Part shown: positions 1 to 14,350 of the stretch, in pieces
Layout: each line of letters starts with the position of its first letter
Numbering within the stretch: position 1 is the first letter of the stretch
Assembly: GCF_002113885.1 (NCBI RefSeq)
Contig: NW_018403913.1
Location: 67,990 to 131,989, forward strand
Source of the DNA: Mizuhopecten yessoensis
Lineage: Eukaryota
Direction: 5' to 3'
DNA length: 64,000 nt
The notes under the pieces: generated by a model
Databases searched by the model: none
What the model was told of the DNA's origin: nothing
What the model saw: the letters and a program-made list of their open reading frames with translations, nothing else
Program-made: the position numbers and the translations under genes

Positions 1-3000
1 AACAAAAACTTAAAATCCATCCTGATCAATAACTGATGGTAACGAAAGACCTTTGAAATATTTTTTAAATAATGAAACATCTTTCTGAACACTATACTAC
101 ATTTATATCTTAAATTTCATTCACAATAATAATAATTATAATACCTAACTTGGCTGCTGATTTGAGATATTATATCGCCACCAAGATATTTATGTCTAGT
201 CGCCATGATATATAAAACTACAGTAGGATATTTTAGCACTTCTGTTATAGCGAGGGTGCAGACAAATTCATTCTTCGGGAGGGTTCTTATTTAAAACAAG
301 ACGAATGCTGCGATGTACGAATCGACGTAAAATGAGAATCAAATGGCTGATGATCATCGATCGGTTTATCATAATATTATAAAATAATGAATCAGCTCTA
401 ATCGATAATTAAGGCATATAGAATACCGGTACATCGAACCTTAATGACAGTTTGTGGGAAATAAACATAGATTAAAGCTCAAGTCACGTCAGATTTCAAA
501 CAATGTCTCATGGATATCAGTTAGGAAAACGATTAATCTTGACAAGTTAATTTGGCTTAACGATGTTTTCTTATGTATGAGAAACACACATATGTATACA
601 TATATGCTCCTATCTGACCCAGTCATTGACAATCCAACATGCTGCATATTATAAACTGTATGCTTTGAGTTGATCTATTTATTGATTTCAAATGAAGCCT
701 TGCTTACGTTACTGGAACATCAAGCGCAAAAAAATAAGAATCATGCTAGGGGTTTTATTGTACAGTTACAAGAACACTTGACTGGAATAGGAATTTCGTT
801 CCATGGTCTATTTTTAGTACACAATGTTTTGTGAAAATGTACAATTAAATGCTTTGAAACATTTATAAAAGAAATCAATACCCGTCTTTCTTTCTCCTCA
901 ATGTCACATTGAAGGAATGACTTTGAATATTTTATCGTGACGTTTTAGAATTTACGTATTCATTTAAAATTAAGCATGGTCTGCATACTGCGTCACTTGA
1001 GCTCTAGGGGGCGCGTTGTGCAAGAAATACAACCCGACCGAGGTCACACGGGTCAGGAAATTGTTAGGTATATAAGTGTTTTACCTGTCTGTCTATGTGT
1101 TACGGACACCGTTGACGTCATCACTATCTGCCGATCCTTATATGACAATCCCTGTAATTGACAGTGAACGTGCACGTATTATCTGCCTTTATTTTTCACC
1201 TCGCAATCAATTCTGCCATGTATTGCTATTCTACACAGTGAATATAAACAAACAAGCCGTGAATACAAAATCACGTCTGAGACAATAGCCCCACCGTACG
1301 TCGTCATTAAATAAGGAAATTGGACGAATTTTAGTAACTTTATTTTATTAAATAGGCTTTTACAGAATGACAAATACGTTAACCCGATTCTATGCATATT
1401 ACTTGACTAGATTTGGTATTTCATATTTTTATGAAACCCACACAGTTACGGTAACCTTTTGCTAACTTATAGTAGAGGGTACCAATTGAACTCTTTAAAT
1501 TTCTATTAAATTAAATTTGATTGATTTACTTGGTATTTTTTGGCAAATTGACAAATGTTTTTATTCTGTTTCACTCAAAACAATGAAGATTTGTGCACGT
1601 GTGTGTCAATTTGTCAACGATGTTCCCATACACGTTAAACGATATTGTACAAAAACGGCTTCGATCATGCAATACGAACTGTATTCTCACGGTGTCAGTG
1701 CTGCGTTAGGCTATATTTGTTTTAACCGGAACAAAACCTTAAGCTTTAAAATATATACCAAATCATATCTACCACATTAGGTTGTCTTTTAGTTTTGGGG
1801 TCAACCCCTAAACATTCGTGTCTCGATCTGCATATTATTCAGTGTACTTAAGCAGGAACGAGACAGATACAATGTCGTTCGACTAATTGGAGATATGACG
1901 GAAACAGCACTAAAGTTGCCTGATATTCTTAGTAGAAACATTCCGGTTGTGTAATTCTCGAGACATTCCGAACGGCTGACAAATGATATATTATTAGCAG
2001 AATCAACGTTGTTGGTATATGCATATATCCGTAGATACTTGATGAAACGCTGACAAAACAAATAAATCATAATCCCATTAGTAATAAGATAAATAGGAAT
2101 TCATCTTTGTAAATGACACTTGTAAGCTGAGGCCGTATACTACTCCTTCTGCCTGACACATTCGAATCATAGGTTGTGTCCACTTTAGGTCCTTTACCAG
2201 ACTGGGCGGACCCCGAGTGTTGGGGAGGACGTCAGGCCAATTAAAGACATTCAGTCATCCACGTAATTATAGTAGCAAAACACGGATATAGGATGGTGTA
2301 GCGATACCAAAAGTACCGGAAGTGCAAACAAAGCCTCTGTAATGGTGCACACTAAAACACCGGTTTCGTGTCACTTTGACGGAAATGCAAAAAAAAGGCC
2401 CTCGAAAAGGTGAAATCTAACAAAAAAACTGGTAACAGTTATCGTACCACTTCATCATTACAAAATAACACAAATAACATTAATCTCGGGCAAGGTTCGC
2501 ACTAGGCTAAATGATGTATACATAAGCTACAGATCTATTTACATTCAGCAGAATTTTCCCCATATACTATTGTGGGGCCCGAAAAGGGTGAAGTAAAACC
2601 AGACAAATGAAAGGGCAATCTCTCCCTAGTTAAAGCCAGCAATTTGTTTTGGCATAAATATTTGACATATTTCAATCATCAGTTTGCCATAAGTGATCTC
2701 AGAAGTATTATAACATTTCCTTTATGTCTTGTTATCAAAATAAACCGTGGAGTTTTATAAACTTATTTCAATGTTCGGGATAAGAAATAGATGAAAGTAC
2801 GTTATTATCAAGGTGAAACAACGTTTTATTTGCCACGATTTTACTAAAGTCGTTGACACAACTTTGGATAGAGATTGAAGATGAACCCTGTGGTGTTTAG
2901 AATACCTAGGCTCTTGTGCACAGTGCCTGCACCATAGTGTGCCAGTGCAGTTTGTAATTTTCTATATATATAACAAGTGTTGATAAGCAAAACTTATAGA

Positions 3001-4789
3001 TCTAGACAAGCTTGTTATCTGTAAATGTGTGCAGTCTACAATCCTCTGATTCTCTACCACTATGTGCCTGTGTCGGGTTGATCAATTTGTAATATATATA
3101 TATGTGCACCTTGCGCTTGTTTACCTGGATTTGTGCCAAAATCGGTGGCATTGTTTAAATATCGATGATATAATACCAGGTGGCTAATGTAAACATTTCC
3201 GTTTTAATCATCGCCAATAACACATGTCGAAACGTGTACCATCGTTTTTGTTTGAATATTCCAGAAGAATATATGAAGATTTTGGTATCAATGATAGCGT
3301 TCATACTGAAAGAAATCCCCTTTCACAAAAATATTTCAAATTGAACTGCCTTGCTAACAATAAACTTGTAAGGCTTTGTTCCTCCAAATTTATAAGTTTG
3401 GCGTCATTATGGTTTGATTAGTGTCATTCCGCTTGTTTGTTTTCGCTTGATCTGATGCAGTATATTGGTCGGAAAAACGTTGTTCCCATTGACTATTTTT
3501 ATCACAACAATGACACTACTTGTACGTCCCCTAATCTATGTAAGTCAAATTTATGAACCCCCAACGCGACAAAGATATATGAGCAAATCAACGGCCTACA
3601 AACTAAGGTGCAAGTCATAGGAAGTGGCATTATGGAACCGGATGTGCATAACATCTTTAATGGAAGAGACCGAAAGTGGTAGCTGACAATCTGACCCCAA
3701 TTATATATACGATGCTCTACAAATTAACCTTATAAGAAAATCATCGTAGTTAATTGCTAACTCGGTAATATTTTAAGGAAATTTCCTCAAGCCTTTTTCA
3801 ATACACATGATGCTTTCAAAAGGAAAGAAATAAGGAAGAGTTGGAGGAATAGGGGTCCATACTGAATCTAGCCAGTTGGCATTTCTAATAGCCTGTCTAA
3901 TGTTTTAAAAAGCCTATTTAATTATTGTTCTGGTCGGTATTGTTACAGTTACCGATACTGATACATATCTTATCTATATGTTTTCTTTATCATACAATGG
4001 TAGGTAGGATAAGTTATTCACGTGTGCGCGCTGGAGGTATATCATAAACTATAGTGGACAAGTCAGGTTAACAAACTGTGTGTCAACACATATCGGGATT
4101 CCATCAGCATTACATTGAATTGACAAGGAATCCCGACTACGCTATTTAAGATAGACACGATCACAATAGAAGTTACACGGGGACGTCCATATCGACTCCG
4201 ATAGTTGCCAATTACAAATCTACTAATCTACAGTACACGGCCTTATTGGGGACATTCTATACAGGTAGTGACCTATACTAATCACGCGTATTTTTATTTA
4301 GATTTCCGTGGATCTGATATCCGATATTTGGCACCACGTATAATCTCTGGATTACCACCAACTGTGCAAGGTAATTGCCGAATCGTTGTTTTAGATCCAC
4401 GTACAAATGGAATTTTTCAGTGCTTAAAAGGAACCTTATACAACGCGTTGGCTAATATTGATAAGACAGTAATTTTATCGTTTTTACATATTGCATCGAC
4501 TCTTTAAACATTTATATTATCCAGTTTTAATAATTTTGGGTCTGGTCCAATACACGATCTCTCATTACGTTACAGTATTTGCACAGACCTGAATAAAAAA
4601 TATTCCTGTGAAGTCGGAATTTGTTTTATTTATTCAAGAATTTTCAAGGGTGGTTATTTAAATAAGGTCCATGATGACACCACACCGTGTTTATGTTGTT
4701 TATCTCTAGGTGTAGCATTCTTTCTTTGTTTGTAAGAATCTAATAATAAACCTGATATAAACGTGATGTGATACTATTTCCACATAATG

Positions 4790-5215
4790 CGACACCTTTT
4801 ACCTTATTAACCTTAAATGTAACACCTTATTTACCATAAATATGGTACCTTATTCACCTTAAATGTAACACCTTATTTACCATAAATATGATACCTTATT
4901 CGCCTTAAATGTAACACCTTATTTACCATAAATATGATACCTTATTCACCTTAAATGTAACACATTATTTACCATATATATGATACCTTATTCGCCTTAA
5001 AGGTAACACATTATTTACCATAAATATGATACCTTATTCATCTTAAATGTAACACATTTTTCATCTTAAATTTGATACCTTATTTAACTAAAATGAGACA
5101 CCTTATTCACCTCAAATGTTCTATATTATTCAGGTTAAATGTGACACTTTATTCACCATTAATATGACACTATATTTCTCAATAATGTGACACTTTATCT
5201 AAGTGTAATTTAATA
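4790..5215. repeat. Minisatellite, 23-bp unit alternating as a 46-bp dimer, decaying rightwards
   Basis: Alternating ACCTTATTTACCATAAATATGAT / ACCTTATTCACCTTAAATGTAAC units; ACCTTAT recurs at 4824, 4847, 4870. Confidence 0.9.
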
Positions 5216-5248
5216 CTTTATTATACGTTCAGGTTAAATGTGTTTATG

Positions 5249-6340
5249 ACGACACCCTACATAGGACAGTAGGATAGGATTATAGCGTCCTACCTGTGGT
5301 AAGGACCGGGTGTTGTACCGTACAGTTTATTTATGTTTATTACATTTTTTACGTCACCCTACATAGGACATTAGGATAGGATTATATCGTACTACCTGTG
5401 GTAAGGACAGGGTGTTGTACCGTACAGTTTATTTATGTTTATTACGTGACCCTACATAGGACAGTAGGTTTAGGTTATAGCGTCCTACCTGTGGTAAGGA
5501 CCGGGTGTTGTACCGTACAGTTTATTAATGTTTACTACGTGACCCTATATAGGATAGAAGGTTTAGATTATAGCGTCCTACCTGTGGTAAGGACCGGGTG
5601 TTGTACCGTACAGTATATTTATGTTTATTGCGACACCCTACATAGGATAGAATGTTTAGATTATCGCGTCCTAATTGTGGTAAGGACCGGGTGTTGTACC
5701 GTACAGTTTATTTATGTTTGTTACGTGACCCTACATAGGATAGAAGGTTTAGATTATAGCGTCCTACTTGTGGTAAGGATCGGGTGTTGTACCGTACAGT
5801 ATATTTATGTTTATTGCGACACCCTACATAGGATAGAAGGTTTAGATTATAGCGACCTACTTGTGGTAAGGACCGGGTGTTATACCGTACAGTATATTTA
5901 TGTTTATTGCGACACCCTACATAGGATAGAAGGTTTAGATTATAGCGTCCTACTTGTGGTAAGGACCGGGTGTTGTACCGTACAGTATATTTATGTTTAT
6001 TGCGACACCCTACATAGGATAGAAGGTTTAGATTATAGCGTCCTACTTGTGGTAAGGACCGGGTGTTGTACCGTACAGTTTATTTATGTTTATTACGACA
6101 CCCTACATAGGACAGTAGGTTTACATTATAGCGTCCTACCTGTGGTAAGGACCGGGTGTTGTACCGTACAGTTTATTTATGTTTATTACGACGCCCTACA
6201 TAGGACAGTAGGTTTAGATTATAGCGACCTACTTGCGGTAAGGACCGGGTGTTGTACCGTACAGTTTATTTATGTTTATTGCGACACCATACATAGGACA
6301 GTATGTATAGAATATAGCGTCTTACATGTGGTAAGGATAG
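5249..6340. repeat. Minisatellite, 93-bp unit, ~11-12 copies
   Basis: GTGGTAAGGAC recurs at 5398, 5491, 5584; explains the repetitive 316-aa ORF. Confidence 0.95.
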
Positions 6341-6459
6341 AAGGTTGAAGCCTGCTGTAGACTTTTCATTCTACATACATCCCAGTCTGCAACATGGCAT
6401 AATTTCTTGGACCAGACTAAATATTGCTCTATTGAACTGAATATGGCAACCCTAGTACA

Positions 6460-7275
6460 GGCTATGACATAAATCATAAGATCTAATGTAATACACTAGA
6501 GACTATGACATCCTACCTCAGACCTAATGTAATACACTATAGACTATGACATCCTACCTCAGACCTAATGTAATACACTAGAGACTATGACATCCTACCC
6601 CAGACCTAATGTAATACACTATAGACTATGACATCCTACATCAGACCTAATGTAATACCACCATAGACTATGACATCCTATCTTAGACCTAATGTAATTC
6701 ACTATTGACTATGACATCCTACCTTAGACCTAATGTAATACACTATAGACTATGACATCCTTCCTCAGACCTAATGTAATACACTATAGACTATGACATC
6801 CTACCTCAGACCTAATGTAATACCACCATAGACTATGACATCCTATCTTAGACCTAATGTAATACACTATTGACTATGACATCCTACCTTAGACCTAATG
6901 TAATACACTAGAGACTATGATGACATCCTACCTTAGACCTAATGTAATACACTAGAGACTATGATGACATCCTACCTTAGACCTAATGTAATACACTATA
7001 GACTATGACATCCTACCTTAGACCTAATGTCATACACTAGAGACTATGATGACATCCTACCTTAGACCTAATGTAATACACTATTGACTATGACATCCTA
7101 CCTTAGACCTAATGTAATACACTAGAGACTATGATGACATCCTACCTCAGACCTAATGTAATACACTATAGACTATGACATCCTACCTCAGCCCTAATGT
7201 AATACACTATAGACTATGACACCCTACCTTAGACCTAATGTTATACACTATAGATTATGACATCCTACCTTCGAC
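6460..7275. repeat. Minisatellite, 41-bp unit (42/44-bp variants), ~19-20 copies
   Basis: Unit AGACTATGACATCCTACCTYAGACCTAATGTAATACACTAK. Confidence 0.95.
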
Positions 7276-8415
7276 CTCAAAAACCGGATGTGGTGCCATG
7301 TCTCTCGATTTGGTAGAAAATAACCGGTTTCGGGAAATTTTCGGGAGCAAACCACCAATCTCCNGGGGGGGAGTAGGGAGTAGTTAGCCGAAATATGTTT
7401 GCATGTTGGATTTTAGGTCTAGAGCTTTTTATGGCAGGACTTGGGGGACACCGCCTAACCTCCACTCTCTCCCCCATCCGGCACTTTGTGTTCGTGTGAG
7501 GGTGTTACGGGATATCTTGCAGAATATTTTCACAAATTTTCTGTATACCTTCCCGAAATCCTGATTCCGCATCTGTATATTAATGCCTTCTTATCTAAAC
7601 CCTTTAAAACGGTCATATTAATATGTTGAACAAATTCTGTATTAATGTGTTGTGTGAATGGGCAATTCCTTGACAAAACACGAATTTAAATTGTGGCTTT
7701 GTACCCAAAACCCCCGGACAAAAACCTCATGCCGTCTACCTCACACAGACTATTTACAACGGATAAATAAAGAGTCGGGCACATTGAAAGTTATCAATTG
7801 AATTTCATTTGTTATCAAAGTCGGACAACATTGTACAAGTGATTTGTCATATCTGCTATAAGCGAACTACGTCTTGGCGCTTATAATTATTACATTTGTA
7901 TGTTGGGTGATGAACACGATCGCCATGCTAATTGGTCTTATTGTTAACGTAGAGAGTAACATAAGTACGAGATCGTGTGTATGTTGAACGCGATGGTTTC
8001 ACGGATACTCTTACGGAAAGCGTTTCCTGTGCTTTCTTGATATGTCGCACGCAAATCTAAGAATATTTCGAAAGATTATTTAATTCCTCTTAAAACAGGA
8101 TGCAAGCAAAATAATGTTTTCAAATGCTTAATATAATTATTTTCGTATAAACTTTAGCAGAGTACTTGATTATAAAAGGGCCGGGTTCACAATCTACGAT
8201 AAAATCGGTTTAATGTTCCTTTTAAAGATTAATTTTCCCATCCATCAGAGCATTACAAGTTGATCACGAAAGTTTTCAATGATTTCTATGTGCACTTCAA
8301 AATAATAATTGAACTGAAGGAATATCACGTCTGTATTACTAGTGGGGGCGTATATAAGTAATATATTAGGACAACGCCTGCGGGCAGGTATAAAAAAATA
8401 CAGGCACATTCTTAC

Positions 8416-8496
8416 CTGTAATGTTACGAAGTCTTTCGGTTGCTTATGCTCCAAGCCGAACTTTCGGAGACGAAACTGTTCCCGGTTACAACACAT
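8416..8496 (-). CDS. Probable first coding exon of a rolling-stone-like (FAR-17a/AIG1-related) membrane protein; downstream exons not found, probably left of the window
   Basis: Translates MCCNREQFRLRKFGLEHKQPKDFVTLQ, ending phase 0 at CAG|GTAAGA; acceptor TGTAG before 8521. Resembles from memory the EF-x-L-xx-FG-xx-H-xx-P-xx-F-xxx-Q|W N-terminus of invertebrate rolling-stone-like proteins; not database-checked. Confidence 0.5.
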
Positions 8497-11400
8497 GCTT
8501 AGTCCAGCATTGGATTTCTTACTACAACGTACACAGAACACGTGTTGTTCGTTTTAAATCCCACACACAAATCAGATTGAAGAATTTAAATTGATGCTTA
8601 ACGTCCTTACAACGAAGCTTGCTCATGTACAACTAATGTGAAGTGAATAAGTTAAACGTATATACACATATACACACACGTATTTGATTTACGTTTAATG
8701 CACAGAGTGGGTCTTAGGTTAACGACAAGCCCCATTGGTTGGTATTGAAGGGCTGTGGAGACGATATTCAACCAATGCTACGAAATGTATAGTTAACATT
8801 CAAAATTACCTTGTTAATGGATTAAATTTCCTTAAAAGGCAACGTTAAACGAACACTCTGATTATGTTAATTCATAGTCATTAAAAAACAAATAAATCAC
8901 AGTCGTTAGCATACCTACAAATTAGTGTTCAACATAGCATGAATCGATCAAGATTAGATCGGACTCAAACAGCGAAGGGAACTTTTTTAATGCGTACCTT
9001 TCGACTGGTTGCTGCATTTCTATTCACAAACGTACGGAGACAAGAGGAAACCTTTCGGAGACGTCCCGAGACTAGAGGATACAGGGGTTCGAAGGTCAGG
9101 CGTGCACGTGCTGGTTAGGGCACACATATGTCCTCCTTACGTGCAATATAACCAAGGGAAAAGTATAACGGCTGGAACAAGTCCGAATACTTTACGATGT
9201 ACGTTTTGGTTTTATGTAAACAATATTACTGTGTTGTATATGTATCGCGTACTCGAAAATACATAAATGCAAGTTTCGAGTAGGCCTGTACGAAGGGTCG
9301 GTCAACCCTCATCTGTTTTAATAAATACACAAGTATATATTCAGCGAGATCTCGGTATGACACTCATAATGAATAGCATATGATAATATACATATAATGT
9401 GTGTATCTGTCATACACTTATACAGGTTAGTGACGTACAAGTAACTGTCTACTTCACACGTTAAAATGGTCATCTTGGTGCATCTAATCCTTAAATAGTT
9501 TAGATCGACCTTTTAAACACTTCACGTATGATTGAATTTGATAGGTTAAGTCGAACTTTAACATTTGTAATAAATACGGGTCTCTGACCGTCTGTAAGTG
9601 TATGATGACCGCTGAAATAAAAATGATCAATGAATGGTTCAGGTCGACCTTTAGCATTCCGGTCGTATATAAATGACTTACGTCAATAAGGATGTGTCAA
9701 ACGGTTAAATTTGACCATCGTTTTTTTAATATCCCTCTAATAGTTAATATATCTGAACAAGTCGGAAAATAATACAATATAGCTAATACTTCCGTACAAT
9801 ATTGCGATACAAAACAAAAATGTCCGTTTCACATGCATATATCATACAGACGGTTATACCAATAACTCAGTATCTTAGAGACATTGAACACGTGCCTTCT
9901 GCCCGCGCCAGGCACGCGCATATTTTGCGCAAGAAACTATGTAATAAAAAGTAAGACAAGTGGTTATGTTCCCGACTCAGGAATGCTAGCGTCTCTTTTT
10001 ATCACTGGCATCATTCATAGGTGGCTTCTTTAGGATTCTTGTGACGTCATGTTTTCCCAGGCTCATCAAATCAATGGATACGTCAGAACGGGCGTTAAAT
10101 ATAGAACATGTAAAGGTAGGCAATTTTTTGAATGTACTAGCGTCATTTCTTACTTACTTCAGGACTTAACAACAATAACATCTGAAACAGTATGCCAAGT
10201 TACACTGTAAGCATTGCAATACTCTGACGTATTTACATTTGTATTCAAATCGCATAATATGTTTTCCAAACATATATTACAGTGTATTTGCATTAAAATC
10301 CATATCATCTGAATCCCTGTGTTATTTACATAGAGACAAACCAATATTATATCCGTACAATACAATTATAGTATACACACAAAAAATAACTTTGAATACC
10401 ACGAAATACTGCGGTTAAAATCCAAATCACAAGTTTTCTGAATGCAGTAGTATCGTTTGATTGCAAAAGTATATTTTGGAATACAACTCACATTTTTTTA
10501 CTGTAAAATATTGAATACTGCAACACTTATGATACAAAGTGAAAAGTCTAACTGAAATATAACCTCACTCGTCTTATTGGCATATACGTCATCTTGGGAA
10601 TATATTGGTAAAATTTTAAGTAAGCTTAAAAATTTAGAAGAAACCGGCGTTTTTACTTACATAAGAGATGTAATCGAATTGTTTTTGTTGGTATTGACAA
10701 CGTTCGATGTCTATATTCAACACAAAATCAAAGTCTGGAACTTGAAAACATTTTTTTTCATTATGTATAATTTGCAATTCATCAGTCCAATATCGAAACG
10801 AGTGATCATATGTTTAGCCTACTACATTTTTTCATTACATCACATCACTTAATGATCTGATATCATGTTTCATTTTACATAACACAATCGATGCGGCCTT
10901 TAAGAGAAACAACAACTTGTATTTTAGTAGGATCGCAGTGAAAATGGCGGCCACTGCCAATTAAAAAATGAAATTAACAAGGAAAACGTCCCCGAAACAG
11001 CACTATTAGATCACACAGATCACCGTAACATGAAAACAATCAACATGTTTAACCACATGAGTGACCGTCAGTACAATCGTATGGCAAGATTCTGTTCGTC
11101 TCTGCGGCAAGTCTGTTATTCTAAGGCAGTGTGGACACTTCTTTTGGACAATCTCGTCAGTGATTCATTAAACATCAGGATTAATTCCAAATGATATTTG
11201 GTCATCAGCCGTGTAAATCAGTGACTGAGCTCGATCGTAACAAATAAAATGGGGTGACGTAAGTGTGACGTCAAAGCTACCGCCAAAATTTCGCGCCAGA
11301 ATTTGAAATAACAAGTGTTATCACGTGGCTTAACAAAAAAAACTGATTTTGATCGTAAGTGAATTGGCAATGAATATAATGGTTAGATGCAAAAAACCTT

Positions 11401-12694
11401 TGAAGGAGAATTTAAGAAATGTTGATGTTTGAAAATATATTTTAGGTAGTCTTTATTATTTATGCGCATAAACGAACATGTTGTATGATGGTAAACGATT
11501 TCGTTGTGTATAAGAAGCAGGTCTTTCTTCAGAGTATTGAACTCGGAAAACCCTACAGAACACGCACGTTTGAGAGTCACGTGAAAAGGAATCGGATGCA
11601 ATCCGCTTTTCGATTCGATTGACAATTATGTAGCTCATCAAAAACCAAAACTATGATCTTCAGGCCCTCGCAGAATTCAAATTAACTCGTTTCCTAAATG
11701 CCGACTATGCCGTATAAAACGGAAACTCGTTGGATGTTCTTCATTTCTGTATTTCATCCAATAAAACTCTTTTTGAAATTTCCTCAGAATTTTGACCGAA
11801 ATACATTTTAGACACCTACGATCAGTTGATAATCGTTTTTAATATAGATTTTTAGCATTTTATGATAAATCAATCTATATTTCCCCTCAGAAGAGCGTTT
11901 GATGACGTCACCGATGACAACGTCACTATTTTGTCATGAATATTAATAACCAGAACAAGGTTTTTTCTCCACACGACAGAAAAGAACAGCTTCTCCTGTT
12001 ACTCATTATCATAGAAATAAATCAAAACTTCGTGAAGCAAACATAGGAGATTTGAAACAAAGGTTACAACTGAAAATCTTGGTGGGGTTTACACAAATTT
12101 TCAAAATACCATTTATAAAAGAATACATTCTGTGTGTGTGTGTGCTTTACGGTCCCAGATGATCGTAGTTGATCCTTTTCAATATAACTTTAGCTTTGAA
12201 TTTATTCATTAATTATTTTTTTTGAAAATATGCTCGATTGAAGTTTTTACAAGGCCTTTGAACATACGGGCACTGGATTTTGATCATCCGGGCACTGGGC
12301 TCTGACAATGACAGTTCCAGACATTGTTTTACCTATATATACTCTATAATGTGTATGTGCAGACGGTCCGCACTAACTGCATCGAAACAGTCGTATTGCA
12401 ATTATTGTGTTAACGAAGAGACGGCATACTGACGATATGTGTACCGCGAGGGATAGAACACGTCAGGGATTTGTCACATGGTACATTAGCACACACATAA
12501 CAACTAGGTACTGAGACCGTGTGTGTGTGCAATGTACGTGATACAAAATTCATGTCGAAAAATACCGGTATTCAAACATGTTTCTTCCTTCTGAAAGATG
12601 CATTGTCCTATACATAATCGACATTTTATAAAAAAAAACACACTTGATATTTAGTTATTTTAGATAAAGTGATTTGAGTTTAAAAAACACTTAC

Positions 12695-12762
12695 CAATAT
12701 ATCTCTTCCACGTAATGCTCTACACATGTAGCGTCGTACCTGCGACCACACACCTATATATA
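12695..12762 (-). promoter_or_regulatory. Candidate TATA promoter and short non-coding first exon
   Basis: TATATATA at 12755-12762, two CAGGTG E-boxes upstream on the minus strand, donor G|GTAAGT at 12695/12694. Confidence 0.3.
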
Positions 12763-13439
12763 GCACCTGGCCTGTCACACCTGACACTTATAAGTCACCC
12801 TCTGTCATCCGAACGTCCTTAACGTTGTCAGACCAAGATCTGTCTTCACGCCGATATGCCTACTTCATACTGTACATCTCCCTTCGTTACTCCCGTCTAT
12901 ACACAGCGGGGCTACCAATTCTAGCATTTGTCTCGGCAGAAACGTTATACAGGAAAGAACTTAACAGCATCACACGTGTAACAATGATTCATGCTAATAG
13001 TGACTTTGTGAATGAGAATATTACCGATATGAACAAAACACTCTCTTATCCTAAATGTCATTTATTTATTCATTTGTTTAAGGAACCAGTTTTGAGTAAT
13101 TCATCAAAAACAGACCTACGTGTACAGCATTTTACAGATTATTTATGTGTATTATAATTATGTACAATCTCGTCTTGAACCTCATCATACGTGTCCTAGA
13201 GAAACGACTGAAAAAAGGGAGAAAATTAATACCAATACGTCGATGAACTAACACTGATCGAGTTCTTTCCCTTGATTTACTACTTTGGCGTGCAATTATT
13301 TTAGCAGTGTGGTCTGGGCTTATTTTTGATTAGCCTCATCAGTCTCGGCCATCACAATTTTAATGAATCACAGCTAATACGCATCTTTACAAAATTATTG
13401 CGTTTGTGCAAATGAAATCAATTCTAAGACATCCTGATT

Positions 13440-14350
13440 AAGATAAATGGTCAACTTGCATTGATAATGTATTCCACAGTTCGTTTATGTTATACATCTA
13501 AGTATGATCAACTTGCATTGATATCGTAATCCCCAGTTCGTCTATGTTATGGATATTGTAATCCCCAGTTCGTCTATGTTATAGATATTGTAATCCCCAG
13601 TTCCTCTATGTTATAGATATCGTAATCCCCAGTTCGTCTATGTTATAGATATTGTGATCCCCCAGTTCGTCTATGTTGTACACACATCTAAGTATGGTCA
13701 ACTTGGAAACCGTTACCCCTCACATTGTCCATGTAAGACATGCAACGTAGAGTCAACTTAATATCGTAATCCTAATTTTGCTTATCTAACGCACCCAAAG
13801 GTAGTAAATTTAATAAAAAATGATTTGTCAACTTGATACCGTAACCCGAATTCGTCTGTATAATTCACCTTAAGTATTGTCAACTTGACATCGAAATCCT
13901 CAGTTCGTCTGTACAATACACTTAAAGTATTGTCAACTTGATACCATAATAAGGTTCGTCTGTATACTATATTTTGAGTATACTCAATTCGATGTGTAAC
14001 GAATCCAAAGTATTGTCAACTTAATACCATAATAAGGTTCGTCTGTATACTATATTTTGAGTATACTCAACTCGATGTGTAACGAATCCAAAGTATTGTC
14101 AACTTTGACAACGTAATCCTGAAATGGCCTGTAATATATGTTTAAGTATTGACAACTTGATATGGTAATCCTCAGTTTCTCTGTATATAAACTGTACGTA
14201 TTGTCATCTTAATATCGTAGTCATCAGATTGTCGGTTTAACATACCCAATGTACATTGTAGTAAGCTGGATATGACAACAGCGATGTTACCCTCTATTCG
14301 TGCGCAAAATGCATAGTCAGCTTGAAATCGTAACATTGGCACTCAGTTCG
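13440..14350. repeat. Degenerate ~50-55-bp tandem repeat with a nested younger ~31-bp array (13520-13680) and a ~79-bp duplication (13925-14105)
   Basis: Recurrent AAGTATTGTCAACTTGATATCGTAATCC..AGTTCGTCT motif; GTAATCCCCAGTTCGTCTATGTTATAGATAT repeated ~5 times. Confidence 0.8.

Noticed and set aside
5398-6348. 316-aa Cys/Tyr/Val-rich repetitive ORF
   Set aside because: It is the 93-bp minisatellite (a multiple of 3) read in a stop-free frame; GTG start and no gene context
7277-7700. GC-richer stretch with a 66-aa ORF after the 41-bp array
   Set aside because: Contains an N and many homopolymer runs, possibly low-quality sequence; no recognisable homology
10900-12170. TGACGTCA-rich segment resembling a non-autonomous DNA transposon (similar patches near 53530-53760, 55620-57520 and 61560-62760)
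   Set aside because: Could not define TIRs or TSDs, so no supported call
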